DNA of 61,934 bases, filler included, from Dimargaris cristalligena (taxonomy: Eukaryota): NCBI GenBank assembly GCA_003614675.1. It is 10 parts of 10 records of this genome, joined end to end, with 100 filler letters (N's around TTAATTAATTAA, not from the genome) between each part and the next. Parts side by side here need not be neighbours in the genome. Positions count along the whole stretch, not along the records: positions 37,417 to 43,484 come from ML003556.1; positions 43,585 to 49,640 come from ML003557.1; 8 more parts are not named here. One strand, 5' to 3'. The notes beneath the pieces are model-generated. The model was given only the letters and a program-made list of their open reading frames with translations. It was not told the DNA's origin and did no database searches. Within the stretch, counting starts at the first letter, position 1, and each line of letters opens with the position of its first letter. Below are positions 37,317 to 47,950 of the stretch, piece by piece. The translations under genes and the position numbers were made by a program.

Positions 37317-37687
37317 NNNNNNNNNNNNNNNNNNNNNNNNNNNNNNNNNNNNNNNNNNNNTTAATTAATTAANNNNNNNNNNNNNNNNNNNNNNNNNNNN
37401 NNNNNNNNNNNNNNNNCGTCGCAACTGACACACGGTCAACGTAGGGAGGGGTCCACCAAGGTGTTTCCAAGATGTCGTAGTTCACGATGAGAAGCATTCC
37501 TTTGTCGGACATTCTACTTGAAGACGACAAAAAAAACGAATTAAGGCACATACGCTACTTTTTTCGGAACATTTGTTGCAATCGACTTCATGTTGCAAAA
37601 CGCGCTTCTCGAGAGCGAACCTCCACTGGTTGAAAAACACATGATCGTTTTTTCCCAAAGTTCCGAAGTGTTGCGAAAAAAGTAGCT

Positions 37688-38944
37688 GTGATATGGATCA
37701 TACTAAAAATGTTTAAGCAGTTGACAATAATTGAGACAAACATGCACCATATCGCAATAGAAACGCTATTGAGCCATCCTAAACTAAATCAAAAAGATAA
37801 AGAAAATCATTTTCCGCCCGATTACACTTGGTGGTATAATGGTCTTTATCCTATGACTTTGCATGTCACGAAAGAAAATATCTCAATTCTTCACAGCAAA
37901 CTTTTCGAGGCAACTAGACATGATCCTTTCAACAGCATCCTGAAATGGAACGATCTCAGTGAAAAGGTCATCAAAGATTCCGTGATCAAATTTTTTATCG
38001 ATGTCGATTTTGAAGCGCAAATATTCGAACATGAGAAAGATGTTCAAAGCTTGATCAAGAACATTGTTAGTCGCATCACTGAACCCATTTTGTAATATTC
38101 TACAAAAAAGGTTTAACATCTTGCGATCAGAAATGTTTACAATCTTCACATTTATTTTCCAGACATCATCGTCGGCAACAAACAAGCAATGTATCTTAGA
38201 AATATTGCCAATCAAATGTTGGCTCGAGAGTTCCCATCGATTCACAGTGACAGCGTTATCAATAAATTGGTTTATGCGACTGGCCTCAGGATGCTATGGT
38301 GGCACAAAGGCATGATGGGAAGTAAAACATCCAAGCAGACAAAATCGATTCATGATGATCATGAAAGAATATTTCCGGGTGACAACTATAATGAGACTTA
38401 TGCATTGGTTGTTCCTGAATCTTTTCAACCGTTGGTTCCCATGCTAGAACACCTTCAATGGACCCCACTCGCAACTGACGAGGAGGAAAATGTATCCTTT
38501 GTTGATCATGCAACAAAAATTGCGGTAACAAAAATAGCAAATTGTCTCAAAATGAGAAAAAAGAGTATCCAAGATAATTTCAAAGACAAAGAACAAACAG
38601 ATTTCAAGAAAGCGGAATATTCCATAATCAAAAAAATTATTGAAGCTGAATATTCAAGAGACCGTATTATCGAGATAGTTAAAATTAAAAAATCAACCTT
38701 TGTCGCGATTGATTGGGATTACTGTCATTTCAAAATGGCAAAACATGGCGGCAACAAACGCAATAATGACCCTCTGGTCTAATTTCTTGAAGAAAATGAC
38801 GAGCTTACAAACAATGAAGCTGATTATGTGTTGTTTGCTGACAGGTACGATTTGTACCGTAAAAAGGTCAAAAATCCTGTTTTGAGACCCAAACTGAGTG
38901 ACGCTGCAAAGCTGTTTGGAGTCAAAAGGACATGCAAAAATTAG
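37688..38944 (+). pseudogene. Degenerate large-DNA-virus-type AEP primase (D5-like primase-helicase remnant)
   Basis: One frame through three TAA stops (38093, 38114, 38780): KFFIDVD (motif I), NLHIYFPDIIV (motif II), VINKLVYATGLRMLWWHK (motif III), YCHFKMAKH Zn-finger start, then DPLV*FLEEN.ELT..DYV..DLY (D5 C-terminal wHTH-like). AT-rich and intronless. Confidence 0.65.
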
Positions 38945-39589
38945 TAAGAACTGCCTCATTCCGAGGTGGAAAAGGATTTGGTGGCATTCTATTGAAACTA
39001 GAATTCACTCAATGTTTTTGAATCTGTTGTGACCTTGCAATATAGTTTTGACATCCTAACCTCGTTTCTGTCATCGCAAACAATGTCCTGACATTCTGAT
39101 TTTTTGCGTGAATTGTCACTTCATTTAACGATAATTTAACACTTTTATGTTAAAGGCTCTCCAACCAACTGAAAGTAAATAATGTAAAATTTATAAAAAA
39201 AATCAATATTAAAAAATGACATTGAAGACAATGTAAACCCCGACTTGGATTTCTAGAAAAATAAATATTTTGCATTTTTGAAGACCCTGAGTTCGTAGTT
39301 TGAAGTCTAGCTTGTCTTGATTGTCATGATTAAATCATTACTTTTTGATAAAAATGAGATAGTGAGAAACCATCTTTTTGAGAATATTTTATTATCCCGA
39401 ATATACTATAATGTCATGTAGTGACACTTATTTCTGTTTTTTTCATTGTCGCTGACAATGAATAATCCATAATCAACAAAGTTCAAGAACAAACATATTG
39501 TATGAATGAGAGATTACACACATTCATTTTGGAATTTGGAATCTTTCTGAATATAAAAGGCAAACAGTTCAATTTGAAATTTGAATAAA

Positions 39590-40523
39590 ATGCCTATTTT
39601 CCAACAAATTGTTCCAACTTTCACAAACTTTGTAACACCTAATCTTGAAGAGAATAACAAAAAAATATGTGTCCAGTTTGTTTTTAACATGTTTGAAAAT
39701 CGAGTTCATGGTGAATTCAAAGATGTTTGTGTTGTCTTGAACGCTAATCCTTCATAAATGATGCACGAACTCAAAAATTATGAACTCGGGTTTGACTGGT
39801 TTGAGTTGTATACTTCTATCGGTACAAAGCATTATATTATGTCTGTACCGGCAGCAAGGTTGATTGCGTTGCGTCACAGCAACAAAAATGTTTCCTACTT
39901 TTTACTCGAAATTCAAAAGCTTGCTCATAAATACGATAGATTGCTGAACAACTTCAAGATGAATAAAACCTTTGCCAAAAAAAAGAGAGGAGGTTTTACT
40001 CGACGCTTACAAAGAAATACCAGGAATATATCTGATCCGTATAGGATACGTCAACGGTCACCAACTACAAGGTTGAACGAACTCACAATCTGACACAGTG
40101 ATTCCAAACTCACAGAAGGGGCCTAGGGGAGCAGGTCTTCCTTGAACATTTTATGGAATGCGAGAAGAATCAAAAGATAGAAACTCTACTCAAAAGTCAC
40201 AACATTTTGACCAATAATTTACGAAAGGTCAAAATATGCGGAACAACTCACACGGAACTGATCTATACTCATAAACATATACTCGAAAACAACAACACAC
40301 CACATACAAGAGTTTACAAATTTGTTAACGAAAACTACTAGCTGACTTCGTGTGAGAGCGATTCATATCAGATCAATCCATGCTGGCTCTGTTCAAGGAG
40401 AAAGTCCCAAGTTTCAAGGGGAAACCTAACTTTTCTGCTGTGGTTACTAAGTTAGGCGCCACAGTCAGCAAACATTGTGGGCAATCTAGAATTGAAGTAA
40501 AAGGTGCGAAAAAAATGTCCTGA
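39590..40523 (+). pseudogene. Decayed virus-like DNA-binding gene(s): AntA/MSV199-like domain (39590-40093) and a D5-C-terminal-like winged helix (~40310-40523)
   Basis: In-frame TAA at 39755; the pattern F.DV...L..YELG.D..YIMSVPAARLIAL..YFLLEIQKL; downstream KFVNENY*LTSCESD plus frameshifted LALFKEK..NFSAVVTKLG..VKG. Confidence 0.4.
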
Positions 40524-41314
40524 GGGGAAACCAGATAAAGGCTCTTGATTCGAACATAATTTCTCTGTTTATTTATTGGTAAAAGTGCGCATCAAAATTG
40601 ACGAATCAAGAGTCAGAGCGAAACAGTTGATTTCGAGATGAATGAAAAAAGATCATTCTCTCTTTGTTATTTCCTTCCAATTTTTTCTGATCGATTGACA
40701 AATGATTTGTTTTTTAATAAATGAAATCATCGCCAAGAAAAGAGAAGAAGTTTTGCTCGACGCTGACAAGATATATGAAAGTATAACGAGTATGGGTATT
40801 TTCGGATCAATGTGCATGTGTTGTAGCTTTTAGGAATCCTGATTCACAACCATTCGACTTGTTGGTCACAGGCGATGCGCTTCTGACATTGTTATCTTGG
40901 TTCAGATTCACATATCCAGAACCGGGTCCCCTTGTCTGAGGGTGAGATTTTTTATTCGTTTTGGATATTGCAGTCATTGCACGGTTTAGCTCCCATTTCT
41001 TCCCGTCGCGGAGATCGTATCTGTGGTACTGAACCTTTCACCTTTCATTGGTCTCTGTAATGCTTCTGTTTTGGTATCTCTGTGAACCCTGGACGTAGAA
41101 TCTTCCACATTTGCAGGGGTTGTTCCTGGGAGTCGGGCATGACTAGTGGTGTCCTTGTTGGTACTCTTTTATACTTCATGCATTTTTAGATATAAATTTC
41201 TTTTTTTTTCAACCTAGGTCATCGATTTGGGTGTTTGTGATGATATCAATCTACAGGACGTTGCTCCTGGATGATTCCAGTTTGAATGAAAATAACAAAT
41301 GCTGTTGACAAGGT

Positions 41315-41580
41315 TGCAAACAAAAAGATCTAAAGAACATTCTCTTGAAATGCAAACAAAAAGTTCAAACGTGGATGCAAACAAAAAGATCTCAAGAACA
41401 TTCTCTTGATATGGAAACAAAAAGATCAAACATGGATGCAAACAAAATCTTATCGATAAACGTATTTGATTTTTGCAAGGGGTGATGGGAATCAAAAAGA
41501 AAATTCAAGCCTGGATGCCAACAAAAAGCTCTCAAAGATGCAAACCAAAACATCTCAAAGATGCAAATAAAAAGATCAAA
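41315..41580 (+). repeat. Array of about 8 TGCAAACAAAAAGATC-like motifs with a 61-bp higher-order unit
   Basis: Motif starts at ~41315, 41351, 41376, 41412, 41437, 41516, 41539 and 41562 (spacings 36/25/36/25/79/23/23). Confidence 0.85.
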
Positions 41581-42231
41581 CAGAAAGTTGATAACTCGCG
41601 AGTCTTATTTTCTTGTAAAATTTCAATTAGTGTTATCTCTTACTGTATGGATTGCGTCTGAAAATTTCGGTAGTCAACCGCGAGATAAACAGGGACAACT
41701 AGTCATTTTAGTATTCAACTGCAATCTTTCGATAAGATGTAATTGTAAGTCGTTTTGAACATTTTTCACTAATTCTGGTTATCGAAGGGCAACGTCCCCA
41801 GTAGAACTCGATCTCAATTTTCAAATGCAAAAATATGTCTTGCCAAGTGTAAGACTTGCTCTAGATTGTGGAACATAGCCAGTCGATGGTGGTATCGACC
41901 CTACAGATGCCGTCTACGAGGGGGAGCCAGGGAGAGTCGAGGCTGGATGAGAATAATCCGGTTATTGCGCTGCTGGCCTTCCTAGAGGCCGCCGATATCG
42001 AGGCTTTGGTGTACATTGCTCCCGTGACTCGGTCTCATGACAACTGACAACATGACTCAGACCGAGATTGGAGAATTTGTAAGCAAAAGTCGAAGCTTGG
42101 GGGAAGAGAGACTGTCAAATCTGAAACGACGCGTCAACAAAAGAACCAAGCCCAAATCCGAGCCTCCGGCTTCACGCCGCAATCTGTTCCTTCTTCGACC
42201 ACCGTTCCAACACTCACTCCGAGAAACAATC

Positions 42232-43484
42232 ATGTCCACCAACAGCCTTGACCTTCCCTCTTCTTCCACCTCGTACTGCAACCCTTGCTACGATTCCTCA
42301 TTCAAACGCCTTTTCACAAACAAACAATGCCTTATCACCCTGCTCAACTCGCTTCTACCAATCAACGTGGTCACGATTTACAGTGTGGGCCGTACCGTGA
42401 CCCGCTCCACGCCATCGACTCCTGCAACTTCAGCCCCAGCGTCACCCACCACGCGCCCTCGTCCCCACTCCTTCTCCGGTGCATCCACCTCCCCTTTTGA
42501 CGACCTGACCATCGCCGATACCGAGGAAGTTGGCGAATTTCCCGGGGCCCGCGTGGTTCGGTACGACATCAAGGCCGTTACCATGGAGGGGACCACTGTC
42601 GACGTCGAGATGCAGAGAGCGCCCCAGCAATTCTTCTTGCATCGTATGGAGTATTACGCGTCTCGCCTTCTTGTGACGAGCCAAGGGTACTCCGGGAAGA
42701 AGGTCCCTCGAGACATCGTCGCAGAGGCGAGGATGCAAGACCCCGACACGCTGGCCGGTTTCAAGGTAGATTGTATGCGGGTTCTTTGAAAAACAAGCGG
42801 TTATTGGAATCTTCACGACTGCTGCGAGTGCGAATTTCCCCACCTCCACTTTCAGTACTAACGGTAGCCACGTTAAAACCCTCTAGGAGAAGCGCCCAAA
42901 TGTCGAGCAAAAGAAAGTACCATGGACATACGAACTTCAACCTGTCTACATTATCGCAATCTGCGAGTTTCCGGTATGTTACTTGTGTGGAGATTCAAAT
43001 CCCGTTTTTCCCTACCCCCGTCTAACGCATTTTAACTCGATTCATCTTCGGTCAGCTCTCCTCCATCAAAGGAACGCCCCCGCATCTACATGACCGATAC
43101 GTTTCGTGGGCCCAGCCTGCGTTCGATCCCGAAAAATGCATCCCTCCGCTCGACCGAAACACCATCTTCCTGCCTTTCCATGATGTCCTCCACTACTGCC
43201 TGGTCTCACTCCCCGCGTTTCGCGGTCAATTTAATGCGAACAATACATCGTTCGCCAGACCGATTCCCTCAATAATGGACATGATCCTGTGGATTCTTGC
43301 CTACGCAGGTGATGACAGACCGCGGGCAATAATCCCTAATGACATCTTGGGCAGCAGCGTGCTGAAACCGTGAGTTCCTTAACTTGTTCGCCGGGTGAAT
43401 TGGGGGGGTTATCGAGGTCTCTGTTTTATTGCTGACTGGTGTATCTCTGATTGCCTTTATTGCTCTATGCAGGCTGCTCGAACG
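42232..43484 (+). CDS. Intron-containing Rpn family / PD-(D/E)XK (PDDEXK_2-type) nuclease; exons 42232-42765, 42887-42973, 43056-43369, 43473-end (3'-truncated)
   Basis: NPCYDSSFKRLF..LITLLNSLL, RYDI, VDVEMQ, RMEYYASRL, YELQPVYIIAICEF and LHYCLVSLPAF..ILWIL. Three GT-AG introns with TACTAAC/TCTAAC/GCTGAC branch sites keep the frame. An alternative start lies at 42037. Confidence 0.8.
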
Positions 43485-43717
43485 NNNNNNNNNNNNNNNN
43501 NNNNNNNNNNNNNNNNNNNNNNNNNNNNTTAATTAATTAANNNNNNNNNNNNNNNNNNNNNNNNNNNNNNNNNNNNNNNNNNNNTCGCCCATATGGTGGC
43601 CACAAGCCGGGTCAAATTGAAAAACCCATTGCCAATGCGGCACAGCGGACAACAAACCAGCGAGTATGAAACACCCTTCGTAGAGACATCGAACAAACTG
43701 GCCTGGCACTTGGCCGA

Positions 43718-43737
43718 GTGTGTGTGTGTGTGTGTGT
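43718..43737 (+). repeat. (GT)n microsatellite
   Basis: About 10 GT units. Confidence 0.85.
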
Positions 43738-44511
43738 ATGTGTTATACGGCCAGATACTATTGCAAGTCGGCCGCTAAAAACACCGCCACCACCGAGCCC
43801 CCTGATTTTGGAGCAATGCAACTCTAAAGCACAAATCCCTTTGCATCGCCCCAGTTGGACAACGAATGGAGCAATGCAGTATGTCTTCAGCAAAACCCAA
43901 ACAAAGCAAACCTGCGCTTAGCCAAGTGGATCCGGCAACCGTGGCTGCAGCATCATGGCAGCCACATGCAAAGTGGTTCAGGAGCAGACTTGTTTTGGCC
44001 TAGGCATGGGTAGCAAAATGAAGCAATACAGGCAACATTGCTCCAGTTTTCAAAAACGCGGAACACAAGTAATGGATTGGGGGCAGATTATAGGGGCAGT
44101 GTCCACGGCCCCAGGGCAGCACTCAAGGTACGACAAAGTATTTAAAGACCGAGTCCGGGCTATCGCTAGGCCCAACCTCCTTGCCTTTCCACACCATTCT
44201 TCTAAATGCTATTTGCCTTACCCGTTGCCTTGCCCACCCACTTCGATTCACTACATATCACTCCTATTTACACCCGCTCCGAGACATTTCTATACCCATA
44301 CAACCATTGTACCCTGACTATTATCCAGCTTATTGTTCCTCTACTTATCCTATTCTCACCCCCCGCCCGCCTATGCATTCTGGTGCCATCTATCCTTATT
44401 ATTTTCTATAGCCAACAGTCATAGCTCTTATACCGCGGCCTCCCAGCCTTCTATCTCCCATTTACAGTCATACAAGCACCCCCTCCCCTCCTACCCCACT
44501 GAACAACCAAA

Positions 44512-46133
44512 ATGTCCCTGATTAGCTTCTTCCGCTCCCATTCTGTACCCGTCTGTCTTCACGCTGGGGTTACCCACGACAACGTAAGTGTTCTCCAACC
44601 TAATAAACGTGCCACAGTTAGTGGCATTTGTATTCCCGCCATGTCACCAAGCTTTGACCAATGTACTTATGAATGCGCACAGCTCCCTCTTAATAAGGGT
44701 CATTGAGTAAACTCACATTAACAAATCCGAATATTATTATTTTGTACCTTTCGGTTGCATTGCATATTTAGACTGCCTGTCCCGATCAGACCCTGTCTGT
44801 CCTGCTCCACCCCCGGAAACATTTCAATAGCATCCCTTATACGCCCCAAGCCACTGCGGTCGCTGCCACTGCACCCAAACCCAGCCGCACCCAGGAAATT
44901 AAGCCGAGTTTCGGGACAGCTACCACCCAGGCCTACCCCGTTGCCCAGTCTCAGGTGGTTGAACCCACGTTGCCTGAATATCCCATGGCAATCCAGCCCC
45001 GCACCCAGAAGCATTTCATCGGTGCCACCAAGGAATCCCGTACCACTGAGGTCACGGCGACTACCACCAAACCCATCAGCAATGTGGGTGTCAAACCCTG
45101 TTCCCGGCAACCCACCTCCAAGACCCATCCTCCCACTCATCCCCAGGCAACCAGCCCCATTTATCCCAAAAGCCCCATGACCATACAGCTACGCAGGCCG
45201 AAACACCCAATTTGCATTCCTAATATTCCTCAAACTAGCGCGGCCTCTTTATCTACATTCGACCTCACCGATGCTAGGATTGTAATGTCCAGTTCTACCA
45301 ACTTTATCGTTACGGCGTATCCTACCACCCAGTCCCCAGAAAACGTTCCAACCCATCCCGATGGAACCATGTCTATTCAACTGCATACCCCGAACTATCA
45401 CCGTGGCACTGATGTCTTCCCAACCGCCGTGGCCTTTGTAAATACACCAACACTTGTTGGTACCGTGACTATTAAGCCCAGTTTGGTGGCTTCTACCATA
45501 CCAATCCATCCCACTGCCCAGTCTCCGGCAATGGACTCCATTGGTCCCAACCACCTAATGGCCATACAGCTCCGCAGAACACAACATTATCTTTGCATTG
45601 TTAATATTTCCCAGACCCCCGGCGTCTCGGCAGCCGAACGCCAGCCCACCGCCACCGTGTTTACGAAGCCCGGTTTCGCAAAGTTGGTCACCAATGGGAA
45701 TCCCATCACCCCGTCTCGCGGAGACACTCCGGTCTATCCCAATGACCACATGGCCATAGAACTTCGCACACCCAAACCAAACATTCGCGCCAGTGCCGTA
45801 CCCCGGACCACCACTGCCTTAGTAGCCCCATCTAGACCCATCGACCCTTTCACAATTAAGCTTCGGGCCATGAAAGCTCGAGATAGCGGGGTCGAAGCCG
45901 AACCGCACGAACAGGTGGACCGTCTTACCCATCCAGCTAAGTGCTCAGCACTGGACCTGACCGCGGCTAATTGCCTGGTGCCATTTGGTCATGCTGTCGA
46001 AACCCACGAGTGGCTGCCTAAAGCTTTGAAGAAGCAATGCTCGTATCGTCGGGCTCTCCTGAGAATCATTGAGCAAGTGTTGCCCGTATTTACCGCCATT
46101 GCATCTGCGGTATTCGTATACTATCCTGCGTAG
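44512..46133 (+). CDS. Orphan P/T-rich repeat protein with a C-terminal hydrophobic tail, 2 exons (44512-44583, 44772-46133)
   Basis: A phase-0 GTAAGT..TTTAG intron joins it to the 44955 ORF frame. Six P..xM(A/S/T)IQLR-type repeats; ends VLPVFTAIASAVFVYYPA. Confidence 0.65.
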
Positions 46134-47950
46134 TTTGGTAATCCGCAGTCTGGGTGACTCGCCTTTCTCACACCACCTTTGGTCGTGAATATGCATGGGT
46201 AGTTAACCATTGCATGTACACATTCATAAAAACGCGCTTCGGACCAATGTAGTATTTACTTTACTTTACTTGACTTAACAGTACTGGTATGCCAGTTCCG
46301 ACCTACTAGTTGAATGCCATTTTTCACTCGCTCTTGAAACCTATTATCTAGCCTTCTCGCTTTAGATTTTAGTACACTAAAAGCCAGTTGCAATGTATCT
46401 TAGCGGCATATTGGACAGCCCACTATTTTATTTCTTTACTAGACCATGTCCCCGATTGACGTATGCCGATACTGGTGCCTAAAGCTCTTATCCACTTTAA
46501 ACTGGCCCATTCTTATATATAGGTCAGAGTAACGGTTATGAGGAACAGACCCCACCGGTTGTACTTGAGTACTTTTTTAACTGTCGACTGGTGCTCTCCA
46601 GTTGTATATTTACAAGTATATCCTGTTGTTTTATATTAGTAATATTATCGATGTTTTGTGTCGCGGCATTAGTTGGAGTTTATTTCTTTAGTATTATTAA
46701 CTCTTATTCATGGTAGTGTATTTCGTATTCATTCGAAGGCCTAGAGGCAATCATTATTATTGCCATTATTAATCCCAGGAAATATATTTTTAATAAATGG
46801 CTGTAAGCATTGAGATATTCCAATGAATATTGGCTTCCACCCCCTCCTTGTCAGTGGGGTGTAAAGGTGACATTCGCCACTACCAATGGTTAAAACCCGA
46901 CCCAATTTTTACCATGTTGCGGTTGAATACATTCCAAGCGGCCTCGGAGATACTACAGCTTTCACGCGGTTGTTTTTGTTCGGCTAGCCTATTGGCAAGT
47001 ATTACAATAATGGGAAAGTAGGATACCTCTTTGTACCATTGCAAATCTTGGCCCTTCGCGACGGTGTCTATTGGATTTATGATTTGTTTCCGGTGTTTAA
47101 AAAGTCATTTGTGGTCAATTTTTAATCAACACCGCGGCAGGGTCGTGAATGCCTCGAGGGGAAAAGTCAGTTTGGGAGGAGTTCAAATTGAACGCGGGGG
47201 GGGGGAGAGGGGTTGAAAAGATCTTTTGTGGAGTTGTTGGTGTGGTATCCCTTTTTCCTCATGGCCCAGCCCAGCCACCGATTTCCCCCGTATGGCTGAG
47301 CTAGCCAATTCCTCCGAAGAGAAGAGTGGGTCGTCCATTAGGTACCAATAGTGATCAAGGACCGGAATTCGCATTCCGCTTTAGGCAGCCGTACACACAG
47401 GCCTACTGCACCTCCGCCGCCCCACTTTAATTCTAGGAATACTTGGTGGAAACATTTATAGCACACAGCTACAGGGCCTTCGATAATTTCCCAAAACAAA
47501 ATAAAATGCACCACATTGACGGTGTTGGCCAGTGCAGCCATTGTTCACACCCAAGCCTTCGATTATTATTCGATTCAATCGCAGTGACCGCTCCTTTACC
47601 CCCTTAAAAATAGTTTTTTAGCCTAATTGGGATAACAAATGAGACTATTCAGCCACTCGAGTGCCTCGTTTATCGAATGCTAACCGTGAAGCCATAGGAT
47701 TTTATTCCGACGTCGCGGCATATTTAACTCGCCTCGTTCGCCCACTGTTTGGCAACCCCTAACTTTACCCGCGACCCCACTTCTCCGAAGACACCATTAT
47801 ATCCTGTGTTGAACATACCTATTCTTTGTTACTCACCTGTTTGCAGTCACTATCCAATTCCCAATTACAGTCAGTGCCTCCTTTCTTGTCGCCCTGAGCG
47901 ACCTCCTAATCCCCTTAATCCCCACTTACTCGTTCCAATAACCCTCACCT

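Noticed and set aside
37417..37690. Minus-strand CxxC..CxxxxC stretch (Merlin/IS1595-like Zn ribbon) or IVNYDIL helicase-like motif
   Set aside because: Short, interrupted and cut by the contig edge; the two readings are in different frames and neither can be supported.
40594..40601. AAAATTGA mimivirus early-promoter motif
   Set aside because: A single 8-mer in AT-rich DNA with no clear downstream ORF is expected by chance.
41315..41580. CRISPR array
   Set aside because: The spacers are short (mostly 7-20 nt) and themselves repeated; there are no cas genes and the context is eukaryotic.
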